Shown: positions 21,945 through 32,648, counted from the stretch's first letter. The stretch: DNA of 64,000 bases from an uncultured bacterium (GCA_905214495.1 CAJMLW010000006.1:2458-66457), one strand, 5' to 3'. Program-made: numbers and translations. Notes: a model not told the origin generated them from the sequence alone.

Positions 21945-22616
21945 TTAAACACGATCTCGTTTACGATATACAATGAACGGACGTGCTAAGTAGTTGAGTG
22001 GAACACTCAAGCAGTGTACCAAACGGCTGAATGGGAAGATAATAGCTACCACCATCCACGCTAACATGTGGAATTTAAACATGAATGGTACGCCTTCCAT
22101 CAAGGATGGATCCGGCATAAAGGAGATTAGGCTACGGAACCAAGGGCCGATAGATACGCGGTAATCAAAGAAACCAGATGCATTAAGTAATGTACCAGCC
22201 ATACCACTGAAAATAGCTAATGTTAAGAACAAGTATAACCATTTATCAAGACCAGATGTGTTAACTTTCATAGCAGGCACAGTAAAGCGACGTTTCATCA
22301 AAAGCAAGAAGCCTACGATGAAGATAATACCCGCTACAGCACCCATGTATAACGCACCTTGATGGTACATATGGTCATTAATACCGATTGCAGCAGTCCA
22401 AGTTTTAGGGATTAACACACCTACTACGTGACCACCGATAACGCATAGCAAGCCAAAGTGGAATAGTGGATTAGCAATGCGCAATTGTTTTTTCTCTAAA
22501 AATTCACTCGATTTTGTAGTCCAATTTCTTTCAAAGTAGAAGAAACGAACCAAAGTACCTACGATTAAGAAAGTGAAAGCGATGTAAGGCAAAGCGCCCC
22601 AAAGGAATAGATTCAT
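21945..22616 (-). CDS. narI: Respiratory nitrate reductase gamma subunit
   Basis: WTTKSSEFLE, FHFG...GH, FH...PFSRLVH. Confidence 0.95.
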   Translation of the reverse strand: MNLFLWGALPYIAFTFLIVGTLVRFFYFERNWTTKSSEFLEKKQLRIANPLFHFGLLCVIGGHVVGVLIPKTWTAAIGINDHMYHQGALYMGAVAGIIFIVGFLLLMKRRFTVPAMKVNTSGLDKWLYLFLTLAIFSGMAGTLLNASGFFDYRVSIGPWFRSLISFMPDPSLMEGVPFMFKFHMLAWMVVAIIFPFSRLVHCLSVPLNYLARPFIVYRKRDRV

Positions 22617-23137
22617 CGTGCACCGTCCTCCAATCCATTTGCAACAGACAAGATAATATCAAACAAGAATGCATAAGGCAATTTAGCCTCAATGAAGCGT
22701 TCTCTAATGTATTCCAATTTTGGCTTACAATAGTCGTAAATTTCTTTTGCTTTTTCATCATCGATAACGGCACATAATTCAAGAAGTGCTGGAATATAGT
22801 CTGGCATTTCTTTTGGCAAATCATAGTCGTTTTCTAGGAAGAACGCTTTAAATTTAACGAGTTCTTCTGCTTGTTCCCCAGTACCTTGCAATTCATAGGT
22901 CGATAAATACATCGTTGTATTTTGACTAAAATCAAAGGTACGAACATATTGGTCTTCGAATCCTTTTTTATCGGATTCCTCTACATAGTCGAAGAATTCT
23001 AATAAACCTTGGCGAAGTTGAGGATGCCCAACGGATTGGGCGTCCTCTCTCCATTCAGGTAATTCGTTATACCATTGTTCATCAGGATAGCGTAGCAGAA
23101 ATGACGCAATAAGAGCGATTTTCTGAGCATCCTTCAT
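22613..23137 (-). CDS. narJ: Nitrate reductase Mo-cofactor assembly chaperone
   Basis: LLRYPD, YVRTFDF, EMPDYIP. Start taken at the ATG overlapping the narH stop (TAATG). Confidence 0.92.
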   Translation of the reverse strand: MKDAQKIALIASFLLRYPDEQWYNELPEWREDAQSVGHPQLRQGLLEFFDYVEESDKKGFEDQYVRTFDFSQNTTMYLSTYELQGTGEQAEELVKFKAFFLENDYDLPKEMPDYIPALLELCAVIDDEKAKEIYDYCKPKLEYIRERFIEAKLPYAFLFDIILSVANGLEDGAR

Positions 23138-24564
23138 TATTGACATCCCCCTGTTGGGCAAGCAAAGCCGCGATTTTGTTGCATTTCTAAGCGACCTTCA
23201 CGAGATACTTTCACATCAGCTGGGATAACAAAGCGATCATTATATTTGGACAATGCCAACAATTTGTACATACCGTACATTTGATCTTCTGTTAACTCCA
23301 CATTGTGATCGATAGGACCGTCACCTGTTTCACGACGACGCATGTATTCACGCATGTCGAGAACACGTTGCAATGTACGAGCTAAAATTTCTGTATTACC
23401 TGCTGTAAACAAGTTAGCAAGGTATTGTACAGGTACGCGCATTTCATGTGCATCTGGCAAGTATACATCAGATGTTACACGTTGCAAGATTGGGCTGAGT
23501 GGTGGTACATACCAAACCATTGGCAATGTGCGATACTCAGGATGCAATGGCAATGCCACGCCCCACTCTTTTACAAGTTTGTATACAGGAGATTTTTGAG
23601 CTGCTTTAATCCATGCTTCAGAGATACCTTCAGCACGAGCCGCTTTGATAACCTCTGAATCATGAGGGTCCAAAATCAAATCTAATGTGTTTTCGTAAAT
23701 ATCTTGTTCATTTTTTGTAGCTGCCATAGCTTCTACTTTGTCCATATCGTAGAATACGACGCCAACATAGCGCATACGACCTACACAAGTTTCAGCACAA
23801 ATTTGAGGCAAACCATTTTCCAAACGTGGGTAACAGAATACGCATTTTTCAGCTTTATTAGTTTCCCAGTTATAGAAGATTTTTTTGTATGGACAAGATG
23901 GAACACAATGTCTCCAACCGCGGCATACATCTTGAGATACGAGAACCACACCATCTTCGTCGCGTTTATAAATCGCGCCGGATGGACATGCAGCTACACA
24001 TGCAGGGTTCAAGCAGTGGTTACAAAGACGAGGCAAATAACGCATGAATACTTCTTCGTAGTCAAATACGATATCTTGGCCCATCTTAGTTAAGTTCACA
24101 TCAGAGCGAGCATGTTGACCACCAGCCAAATCGTCATCCCAGTTAGGGCCCCAAGTAACTTCCATTTTTTGTTTCGTTACAAGGGAACGAGGACGAGCAA
24201 CTGGTTGGTTGTTTTTACGACCACCATGAATCAATGTTTCATAGTCGTAAGTCCAAGGTTCGAAGTAATCCTTCAATTCTGGTTGTTCAGGATGGAAGAA
24301 TAATTTCATCAAACGATTGGTTTTAGAACCTGTAGAAAGAGCTAATTTACCGGAGTTATCTAATGTCCAGCCACCTTTCCATTTTTCTTGGTCTTCCCAA
24401 TGACGTGGGTAACCTACGCCTGGGCGAGTTTCCACGTTATTAAAGTACATATATTCCGCGCCTTCGCGGTTCGTCCATGTATTTTTACAAGTAATAGAGC
24501 ATGTATGACAGCCTAAACACTTGTCCAAATTTAGGACCATGGATACTTGAGCTTTAATCTTCAA
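23137..24564 (-). CDS. narH: Respiratory nitrate reductase beta subunit
   Basis: NLDKCLGCHTCSITCK and further Fe-S Cys motifs. Confidence 0.97.
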   Translation of the reverse strand: MKIKAQVSMVLNLDKCLGCHTCSITCKNTWTNREGAEYMYFNNVETRPGVGYPRHWEDQEKWKGGWTLDNSGKLALSTGSKTNRLMKLFFHPEQPELKDYFEPWTYDYETLIHGGRKNNQPVARPRSLVTKQKMEVTWGPNWDDDLAGGQHARSDVNLTKMGQDIVFDYEEVFMRYLPRLCNHCLNPACVAACPSGAIYKRDEDGVVLVSQDVCRGWRHCVPSCPYKKIFYNWETNKAEKCVFCYPRLENGLPQICAETCVGRMRYVGVVFYDMDKVEAMAATKNEQDIYENTLDLILDPHDSEVIKAARAEGISEAWIKAAQKSPVYKLVKEWGVALPLHPEYRTLPMVWYVPPLSPILQRVTSDVYLPDAHEMRVPVQYLANLFTAGNTEILARTLQRVLDMREYMRRRETGDGPIDHNVELTEDQMYGMYKLLALSKYNDRFVIPADVKVSREGRLEMQQNRGFACPTGGCQ

Positions 24565-27500
24565 GCCAATCCACCTCCTTCAATTTACGAGCCACAATTG
24601 TCATATCACGTTGGTTACCAGTTGGGCCATAGTAGTTAAAGCCATAGCTCAATTGGCCATAACCGCCGATCATGTGTGTCGGTTTCATGTGAATATGAGT
24701 TGGTGCATTATGCGTACCACCGCGTTGTTTCTTAACTTTCGCACCAGGAACGTTGATGTGACGGTCTTGGGAATGGTGCATATAGGAAATACCGCGAGGA
24801 ATACGTGGTGAAACTACAGCACGAGCTGCAACGATACCGTTTTTATTGAAAGCTTCTACCCAATCATTATCCTTAACGTCGATTTCTGCTGCATCGTCTT
24901 CGTTGAGCCAAATTGTTTGACCACCGCGGAACAATGTCAACATTTGTTGGCTATCGAAATACATACTATGTGTAGACCACTTATGATGTGGTGTTAAGTA
25001 TTTCAATGTGATTTCAGGAATACCTTCTTGTTTGTAGTCACCTTGTACTGGTTTATAGGACAATACCGGTTTGTACAATGCCATAGCTTCACCGTAATCG
25101 CGCATCATTTCATGGTCGCAATAGAAGGATTGACGACCTGTTACAGTACGGAATGGTACCTTATCTTCTGTAGATGTAGTAAATGGAGAATAACGACGTT
25201 TTTTATCGTTCTTACCAGTACTTGTTACAGAGCTAATGATGAAGCGTGGTTGACGAACCATGTCATCGAAGGTAATTTTTTCTTGTTCACGACCTTTTGC
25301 GTTCTTTTCAAGACCAGAAAGGCCTGTTTTTTCTTCCATTGCTTTCCAAGAGCGAACAGCCAATTTACCGTTTGTACAAGAAGACAATGTCAATACAGCA
25401 TTACAAGCTTCCTTACATTCGTAAATGCTAGGACGGCCATGAGAAATAAATTCTGGATTATCGATGATACCATTTTGATCATACAATGTTTGATATTCAT
25501 CAGATACGTCCCATGCCATGCCATGAGCACCCATTTTGTTTTCAATATTAGGTCCCAAGGCAATATATTTTTCAAAGATTTTACTGTAGTCGCGTTTTAC
25601 ATGAACAAGGTTCGGCATTGTTTTACCAGGAATTGGTTCACATTCGCCTTTGCTCCAGTCGAGGACTTTCCCTTCTGGTTGAGCCACTTCACCTGGGCTG
25701 TCATGACCAAGAGGAGTTGCTACGATATCTTCGTATTCTGTGAAGCCAGACTCTTTCGCTACACGAGATACTGTTTCAGCAAGGGTACGGAATGTATCCC
25801 AGTCAGATTTAGTTTCCCATGCGCAATCAACAGCCGCTTGGAATACGTGCACATATGGATGCATATCTGTAGAAGACAAGTCTTCTTTTTCATACCATGT
25901 AGCCGCTGGGAACACGATATCAGAATACAAACCTGTAGAAGCCATCCGGAAATCGATGTCGATTAAGAGGTCAAGCTTACCAGCTTCATCTGCTTCGCGC
26001 CATTTGATTTCTTCTGGTTTTACTGATGCGTCATCATCTTCGAGAACACCATGTTTTGTACCAAGTAAGTGTTTCAAGAAGTATTCATGGCCTTTAGAGG
26101 AAGAACCGATAAGGTTTGCACGCCATACAAACAAGTTGCGTGGATGATTTTCTTTAGCTGCTGGATCTTCTACGCAGAATTGTAATTCTTTATTTTTCAA
26201 TGCTTGCGCCACATATTGGTTAATTTCTGCTTCTGTACCAGCACCAGCTGCACGAGCATCGTTAATCAATTCTTGGCTGCCTTTATTGAAAGTAGGATAC
26301 GATGGCAACCAGCCTAAACGAGCTGCCAATACGTTGTAGTCACCAGGGTGACGGTAACGAGGCTTAGCTAATTTAGATACACGGTCTGCCAAGTCAATGC
26401 AGTCAGAACGGTATTGTTCTGTAGCAAAGTAAAACCAAGATGTACCATTTTGCAAGCGAGGAGCTTTGCTCCAGTCGTTAGCTGTCATGATACCGCCCCA
26501 ACCTTCAACAGGACGAAGTTTTTCTTGACCTACATAGTGAGCCCAGCCACCGCCGTTAACACCTTCTGTACCACAGAACATGATAAGGTTCAAGATAGTA
26601 CGGTAAATGATATCCGCATGGTACCAGTGGTTAATACCACCGCCCATGATAATCATGGAGCGACCTTTAGTTTTTTCTGCATTATCTGCGAATTCACGAG
26701 CTGTAGCAATCACGATATCTGCCTTTACGCCAGTAATTTTTTCTTGCCATGTAGGTGTGTATGGAGTGTCATCAGTGTAAGCTTTCGCTACTTCACCGCC
26801 GATACCACGGTCGATACCATAGTTAGCAAGAATGAGGTCATATACTGTAGTTACTTTTACAGGACCATCAACAGTTTGTACTGTAATCGTTGGAATTGCA
26901 CGTTCAATAACACCTTCGTGCTCTTCATCACCAAAGTATGGCAACTTAACAATAGTCACATCTTCACGTTGATCAAACACGGATAAGCGAGGATCAATTT
27001 TAGCCCCTGTATTGCGGTTTTCAAGGCGCAAGTTCCACTTTTCAGGATGTGTATGACGATCACCCATTGTACCGTTTGGTACAACGATTTCGTGTGTTGT
27101 TTCATCAATCAATACAGTTTGGAAATCAGCACCGTCTTCTTTGCTGCCTAAATCCTTAGCATTTAAGAAACGGCCTGGTTGTACTGCGCCGTTGATGTCT
27201 TCAACGCGTACAAGGAATGGCATATCGGTAAACTCTTTCGCATACTCTTTGAAGTATGGAGTTTCCTTGTCGATGTAGTATTCTTTTAAGATTACGTGAC
27301 CCATTGCCATAGCAAGAGCCGCATCAGTGCCGGCTTTCACATTGAGCCATGCATCGGAAGAAGTTGTAGATTCCGCATAGTCAGGGGATACGGATACAAC
27401 CTTAGTACCTTTGTAACGAACCTCTGTCAAGAAGTGAGCGTCAGGTGTACGTGTCAACGGTACGTTGGAACCCCAAGTCATGATGTAGCCAGCATTGTAC

Positions 27501-28228
27501 CAGTCACCAGATTCAGGTGTATCAGTTTGTTCACCCCAAACTTGTGGACTGGATGGTGGCAAATCGGCATACCAGTCATAGAAGGACAATGGTGTACCGC
27601 CCATAAGGTTAAGGAAACGAGCACCTGCTGCATAGGACAACATGGACATCGCTGGAATTACAGAGAAGCCTGCGTTGCGGTCAGGGCCGTATGTTTTTGC
27701 TGTATATAGTAAAGATGCTGCAGTGATTTCTGTCGCTTCGTCCCATGTGGAACGCACAAAGCCACCCATACCACGGGCAGATTTATATTTTTTCGCCTTT
27801 TCAGGGTCTTCTACGATAGATTTCCATGCTTCGATAGGATTTTTAGCTGTTTTCTTAGCTTCTCTCCAAAGCTCAGCCAATTCGCCGCGTACATATGGAT
27901 ATTTTACGCGCAATGGGCTGTATAAATACCAAGAAAAGGTCGCACCACGAGGGCACCCACGTGGTTCATAGTCCGGCATATCATCCGGTGTTTCCGGATA
28001 ATCTGTTGCTTGGTTTTCCCAGGCTACGACGCCATTTTTAACGTAAATGTTCCAGCTACAAGAACCTGTACAGTTTACGCCATGTGTTGTGCGGACTACT
28101 TTATCGTAGGACCAACGGTCACGATAAAAATTTTCCCATTCGCGACCGCCTTCTTCTGTGATTTGGTGACCGCTTGGAGATACGTCCTTCTTGCGAAGAA
28201 ACTTGAATTTCTGAGACAATAAACTCAT
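24554..28228 (-). CDS. narG: Respiratory nitrate reductase alpha subunit
   Basis: THGVNCTGSC...GCPRG, FYDWYADLP, HYVGQEK. Confidence 0.97.
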   Translation of the reverse strand: MSLLSQKFKFLRKKDVSPSGHQITEEGGREWENFYRDRWSYDKVVRTTHGVNCTGSCSWNIYVKNGVVAWENQATDYPETPDDMPDYEPRGCPRGATFSWYLYSPLRVKYPYVRGELAELWREAKKTAKNPIEAWKSIVEDPEKAKKYKSARGMGGFVRSTWDEATEITAASLLYTAKTYGPDRNAGFSVIPAMSMLSYAAGARFLNLMGGTPLSFYDWYADLPPSSPQVWGEQTDTPESGDWYNAGYIMTWGSNVPLTRTPDAHFLTEVRYKGTKVVSVSPDYAESTTSSDAWLNVKAGTDAALAMAMGHVILKEYYIDKETPYFKEYAKEFTDMPFLVRVEDINGAVQPGRFLNAKDLGSKEDGADFQTVLIDETTHEIVVPNGTMGDRHTHPEKWNLRLENRNTGAKIDPRLSVFDQREDVTIVKLPYFGDEEHEGVIERAIPTITVQTVDGPVKVTTVYDLILANYGIDRGIGGEVAKAYTDDTPYTPTWQEKITGVKADIVIATAREFADNAEKTKGRSMIIMGGGINHWYHADIIYRTILNLIMFCGTEGVNGGGWAHYVGQEKLRPVEGWGGIMTANDWSKAPRLQNGTSWFYFATEQYRSDCIDLADRVSKLAKPRYRHPGDYNVLAARLGWLPSYPTFNKGSQELINDARAAGAGTEAEINQYVAQALKNKELQFCVEDPAAKENHPRNLFVWRANLIGSSSKGHEYFLKHLLGTKHGVLEDDDASVKPEEIKWREADEAGKLDLLIDIDFRMASTGLYSDIVFPAATWYEKEDLSSTDMHPYVHVFQAAVDCAWETKSDWDTFRTLAETVSRVAKESGFTEYEDIVATPLGHDSPGEVAQPEGKVLDWSKGECEPIPGKTMPNLVHVKRDYSKIFEKYIALGPNIENKMGAHGMAWDVSDEYQTLYDQNGIIDNPEFISHGRPSIYECKEACNAVLTLSSCTNGKLAVRSWKAMEEKTGLSGLEKNAKGREQEKITFDDMVRQPRFIISSVTSTGKNDKKRRYSPFTTSTEDKVPFRTVTGRQSFYCDHEMMRDYGEAMALYKPVLSYKPVQGDYKQEGIPEITLKYLTPHHKWSTHSMYFDSQQMLTLFRGGQTIWLNEDDAAEIDVKDNDWVEAFNKNGIVAARAVVSPRIPRGISYMHHSQDRHINVPGAKVKKQRGGTHNAPTHIHMKPTHMIGGYGQLSYGFNYYGPTGNQRDMTIVARKLKEVDWLED

Positions 28229-28300
28229 CTCGTGTCCTCCTTAAAACTACAAAAAAGCCCTTGCGTTAGCAATGCCAACAACAAGGGAGAATATCCACAA

Positions 28301-29002
28301 TTATTCGATATTACTGATATTAGGGTCGATCGTGTCGCTATCTAAATCGAGTAATCCGATTAATGCATCTAAGTCACAGATTACCAGATGGTGTTTATCA
28401 TAGGCTACATAGCCTAATTTTCGTAACTCACTGAGCATGCGGTTTAAACTTTCCCGAGATGTGGCAGCAAATTCAGCTAACTCTTGATTTGTTAATGCGA
28501 TGTCTATATAGATACCGTCATCACGTTGAATACCATAGCTATTAGCTAAACGCAATAGTGTCGAATAGAATGCACCTTTTTTGCCATACAACAACAAGTC
28601 TCTGTATTTTGCTTGTTGTCGCCGCATATGAAGTGTATAGATTTTCATCATTGCAATGGCCAGTGAATGGTCCTTTGCAATGGCTGGTTCCAAAACATCA
28701 TAACGGATGGAATATACCGAGCATTTTTCACGTGCAATCGCATTGAACACGTAAGTCCGGATGTTCGTCTCGTACAAAGGAATTTCACCAAGCACATTAT
28801 TTGGCCCCACCAACCGATGAGCAAAAATATGACCACTTACCTCAAATTTCTTAATACTAAGTCGTCCTTCGCGGACAATAAAAAAATGATCTGCTATATC
28901 ACCTTCGTGAAACAAAAACTCGCCTTTTTCAAGGTGAATTGTTTCTCCTGGCAATGCAAGTAACTGGTTAATTAACTCCTGTTCCATACTATCACCGTGC
29001 AT
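28301..29002 (-). CDS. Crp/Fnr-family regulator
   Basis: cNMP-binding-like domain (LFHEGD...LGE) plus HTH LTNQELAEFAATSRESLNRML. Confidence 0.9.
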   Translation of the reverse strand: MHGDSMEQELINQLLALPGETIHLEKGEFLFHEGDIADHFFIVREGRLSIKKFEVSGHIFAHRLVGPNNVLGEIPLYETNIRTYVFNAIAREKCSVYSIRYDVLEPAIAKDHSLAIAMMKIYTLHMRRQQAKYRDLLLYGKKGAFYSTLLRLANSYGIQRDDGIYIDIALTNQELAEFAATSRESLNRMLSELRKLGYVAYDKHHLVICDLDALIGLLDLDSDTIDPNISNIE

Positions 29003-29128
29003 CTTTCAGTGTCATTTGTCCATATTGATTGTGAAAGTAGCTTTCATAATCAGCCATGCACAAAAGGCACATATACTATATACTTTACGTATATAATCCC
29101 TATTATAACCGATTAATTCTCATATAAG

Positions 29129-29144
29129 TGTGTTTTTTGTCACA
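29129..29144. promoter_or_regulatory. Candidate Crp/Fnr box
   Basis: TGTGT-N6-TCACA in the fnr/narK divergent region. Confidence 0.6.
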
Positions 29145-29176
29145 TTCACATTATATTCTGTCTTATATAATAATGG

Positions 29177-29192
29177 TGTGATTTTAGGCACA
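29177..29192. promoter_or_regulatory. Candidate Crp/Fnr box
   Basis: TGTGA-N6-GCACA. Confidence 0.6.
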
Positions 29193-29306
29193 CTCTCTAT
29201 TATTATAGTACCACATTTTACAAGACCTTTTAAGGAGATGTGCCACAAATTTGTGTGAAAAAGATTTACTTTTTATCACATGTGTTTTAGTTAAAGGAGA
29301 GCTCTC

Positions 29307-30644
29307 ATGTCAGAACTGAAAATGCCTCAAGTAGGTGCAAGTCGCAAAGAGATTGTTGCGAACTGGCAACCAGAAAACCCCGAATTTTGGGAAAAGTTTG
29401 GTAAAAAAATCGCCAAACAAAACTTGGTAATATCCACTATTGCCTTAACCTTAGCCTTTTGCGTATGGTATCTATGGGCCACCATTGCAGCGCAATTAAA
29501 TGGCGCAGGTTTTAACTTTACTACTGAACAATTATTTACACTCGCAGCCTTACCAGGCCTTGTAGGTGCTACATTGCGTTTCGTCTACACATATATGCCT
29601 GCACTTATGGGCGGTAAGAACTGGACCTTTGTATCCACACTTATTTTATTAGTTCCTGTTGTATGGCTCGGCTTTGCAGTACAAGATACAACAACTTCTT
29701 ATACGACATTTATGATTTTAACAGCCCTCATCGGTTTAGCGGGTGCTAACTTCTCGTCCTCCATGGCGTACATTGGCAACTTCTTCCCAAAATCCGAAAA
29801 AGGTACAGCCCTTGGCATCAATGGTGGTGTTGGTAACCTTGGCATTTCCGTAATCTATTTCTTAGCTCCATTTGCTATGGGTTCCGCTGCACTTGGTAAT
29901 GTCTTTGGCGTAACACCTGCTATTATCAAAGGCAACGCAGTATACCTTGCCAATGCGGCTTTCATGTGGGTTGTGCCACTCGTAATTATCCTTGCACTTA
30001 TGACGCGTTTCATGGATAACTTACCATTGGAAAAACCAAATCCTAAAAACCTTGTACAAATCTTCGGCAACAAACACACTTGGGCTCTTACATTACTTTA
30101 CACATGTTCCTTCGGTGCTTTCTCCGGTTACGCAGCAGCACTTGGTCTCTTGGTAGGTAAAGAATTCCCTGAAATTCCATTCGCATCCATCGCATTCGTT
30201 GGTCCACTTGTTGCAGGTGCGCTTCGTCCTGTAGGCGGTTGGTTATCTGATAAAATCAACAGCGGTACAAAAGTTACTTTCATCAGCCTTATCGGCTTAT
30301 GTATTACAACTGCACTCATCGCAGTTGGCGTTGACATTCATAACTTCCCATTCTTCTTCGCCATGTCCGTATTGACATTCGTATGCTGCGGCTTTGCAAC
30401 AGGTGCTACATTCCGTATGATTCCTCACGTATTTGGCAATCCGTTGTTATCCTCTTTAATCACAGGTTTCGTAGCTGCTGTAGCTGCATACGGTGCATTC
30501 ATTACACCTAAAATCTTCGGTTTCGTATACTCCACATTCGGCAACATTCACCCTGCATTCGCAGTACTATTAGCATTCAACATCGTAACAGTTGCGGTTT
30601 GCTTCTGGTTCTATGTGCGAAAAGGGGCAAACATGAACGTATAA
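29307..30644 (+). CDS. narK: Nitrate/nitrite MFS transporter
   Basis: WQPENPEFW, GANFSSSM, GTALGINGGVGNLG, RPVGGWLSD. Confidence 0.93.
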   Translation: MSELKMPQVGASRKEIVANWQPENPEFWEKFGKKIAKQNLVISTIALTLAFCVWYLWATIAAQLNGAGFNFTTEQLFTLAALPGLVGATLRFVYTYMPALMGGKNWTFVSTLILLVPVVWLGFAVQDTTTSYTTFMILTALIGLAGANFSSSMAYIGNFFPKSEKGTALGINGGVGNLGISVIYFLAPFAMGSAALGNVFGVTPAIIKGNAVYLANAAFMWVVPLVIILALMTRFMDNLPLEKPNPKNLVQIFGNKHTWALTLLYTCSFGAFSGYAAALGLLVGKEFPEIPFASIAFVGPLVAGALRPVGGWLSDKINSGTKVTFISLIGLCITTALIAVGVDIHNFPFFFAMSVLTFVCCGFATGATFRMIPHVFGNPLLSSLITGFVAAVAAYGAFITPKIFGFVYSTFGNIHPAFAVLLAFNIVTVAVCFWFYVRKGANMNV

Positions 30645-30719
30645 ATTCAATGCGTAAAACTGAAGATTATCCGTTACGTTTTAGGTGCTTAGAAATATAA
30701 TTTACCTTCTAACCCCAGT

Positions 30720-30817
30720 AATAAAAGACAGTCCCAATCATCCTCCAGCTACTTTAACGGTCTGCGGCCTAAGGCCTTGACCTAGTAAAGTCAGATGATT
30801 GGGACTGTTCTTTTATT
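30720..30817 (-). repeat. Hairpin-loop cassette, divergent type C, inside a bidirectional terminator stem
   Basis: Minus-strand core TGACTTT...GGCCTTAGGCC..AGACC...TGGAG shares both ends with type A. Confidence 0.6.
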
Positions 30818-30935
30818 AGAATCTAGCGTTCAAGTAGATAAATAAAACAGGTGAATTATATTTTCTGCCACAGCAATTACGGTTGCTCATGAATTTATGC
30901 GTTCAAAACAGAAACTATGTGAAAACCTTATATGC

Positions 30936-31535
30936 TTATTTTCTTTGTAACCCACGATAAACGAGTTCAAAAATAATTTTCTGAGCTTCTAACCACTCAT
31001 CGCTCTGAGACCATTTATATTGTTTATTAACAGCATATAGACCGTGTACTAAAAATACAAAAACGGATACCCCTACATCAAATGAAACCCCAAGGGCTTC
31101 TGCCACAACGAGCCCTTGTCGATCTTTTTCACGTCCTATAATGCGTTGTAATACATATTCTGAAATTTGTTCATCTAAAAATAAAGGTAAATACTTTTTA
31201 TGTCGTATAATACGCTGACATAAGGGCAATCTATCAAAAATAGAATCGTATGCTTCTCTCAATGACACAAAATTAGAAGCCGCTGATAAGGTGTTAGCTA
31301 TAGTTTGTAAATTGTTGTTATCTACCATTCCCGGCTTTGAATAAGCAATTGCATCATCCACTAAATCATCAATAATTTCAATGATATTACTATAGTGTAA
31401 ATAAAAAGTAGAACGGGTTATCCCCGAAGCTTTGCACAACGATGTTACTGTTACAGACTCAAAAGAATTGTTTTCTAAACAACTAAGCAATCCTTCTTTT
31501 AACAACATACGTGTCATTTCTTTTCGAGTTATCAT
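30936..31535 (-). CDS. TetR/AcrR-family regulator
   Basis: VTVTSLCKASGITRSTFYLHY HTH; RBS GGAGG before ATG 31535. Confidence 0.88.
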   Translation of the reverse strand: MITRKEMTRMLLKEGLLSCLENNSFESVTVTSLCKASGITRSTFYLHYSNIIEIIDDLVDDAIAYSKPGMVDNNNLQTIANTLSAASNFVSLREAYDSIFDRLPLCQRIIRHKKYLPLFLDEQISEYVLQRIIGREKDRQGLVVAEALGVSFDVGVSVFVFLVHGLYAVNKQYKWSQSDEWLEAQKIIFELVYRGLQRK

Positions 31536-31548
31536 ATAACCTCCAACA

Positions 31549-31573
31549 TAGACATTTTTATACAGTGTGTCTA
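31549..31573. promoter_or_regulatory. Candidate TetR operator
   Basis: TAGACA-N13-TGTCTA inverted repeat in the divergent promoter region. Confidence 0.45.
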
Positions 31574-31696
31574 TTAATAAACAATATGTCAATTATTGTT
31601 AAGACTAGTATAACAAAACAAGGTATACTAGTTCTAGAGATTACAAATAGTAATCTATTCAATCAAATCGACAATAATTCAATTAAGGAGATACCT

Positions 31697-32482
31697 ATGA
31701 CACAATATACTCACATTCGAAATGCAACAGGAAAATTAACAATAAAAAGTACAACATTCCTTATTGATCCATTCTTAGCACCAAAAGATACTTATCCTGG
31801 CTTTGAAGGAACATTTAACTATCAACAAAGAATGCCTATGGTTGATTTACCTGTATCAATGGACAATCTATTAAGCAATGTAACTGCAGTAGTAGTTACA
31901 CACACACATCTCGATCATTGGGATGACACGGCAATTAACTCTATTCCAAAGTCACTTCCTATTTTTGTACAAAATACAGCAGACAAAGAACTTATTACTT
32001 CACAAGGTTTTAATGATGTACGCATCATTTTTGAAAGTCTTGAGTTTAATGGTATCACATTAAGAAAAACAGGTGGCTCACACGGCACTGTAGAAATGTA
32101 TGCAAATCCAGTTCTCGCACCATTAGCAGGCGATGCAATGGGCGTTATTTTTGAAGCAGAAGACGAACCAACGGTGTACCTTGTAGGCGATACAGTATGG
32201 ACAAGCGATGTAGAGAAGGCACTTCTTCGCTTCGACCCTAATGTTATTATTATGAATACAGGATATGCTCAAATTTTGGGCTTTGAAGATAGTATTATTA
32301 TGGGTACAAAAGATATTGGCCGCATGGTAGTCCGCAAACCAGAGGCTAAAATCATCGCTGTTCATATGGATACAGTTAATCATACAGCAACAAGCCGTAA
32401 GGATGTGCACAAATTTATCAAAGGCACCAATATCGAAAGCCATGTAGCAGTCCCTGAGGATGGAGAAACTATTGTACTATAA
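31697..32482 (+). CDS. Metallo-beta-lactamase-fold hydrolase
   Basis: HIRNAT, LIDP, THTHLDHWD, GDT, AVHMD; RBS AAGGAG. Confidence 0.88.
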   Translation: MTQYTHIRNATGKLTIKSTTFLIDPFLAPKDTYPGFEGTFNYQQRMPMVDLPVSMDNLLSNVTAVVVTHTHLDHWDDTAINSIPKSLPIFVQNTADKELITSQGFNDVRIIFESLEFNGITLRKTGGSHGTVEMYANPVLAPLAGDAMGVIFEAEDEPTVYLVGDTVWTSDVEKALLRFDPNVIIMNTGYAQILGFEDSIIMGTKDIGRMVVRKPEAKIIAVHMDTVNHTATSRKDVHKFIKGTNIESHVAVPEDGETIVL

Positions 32483-32537
32483 GTTACTATATACCTATGT
32501 TGTTTTTATGTTGTTATTGAGGTATACTATAAACATA

Positions 32538-32648
32538 AAGAGAGTCATTGACGTGTGCGAGCGTTAGGCTCATCTAAAAATTCGGAAAATAAGATGCGCC
32601 TAACGTGTAAGTATTACCAGTACTTATTACGTTAGGCGTTTCTTAAGT
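32538..32648 (+). ncRNA. Candidate structured RNA (orphan attenuator or sRNA)
   Basis: Mutually exclusive pairing segments CGTTAGGC / GCCTAACG / CGTTAGGC downstream of a -10-like TATACT. Confidence 0.35.

Noticed and set aside
31697..32482. Antibiotic-resistance metallo-beta-lactamase
   Set aside because: No signal peptide and a generic HxHxDH fold; activity cannot be inferred
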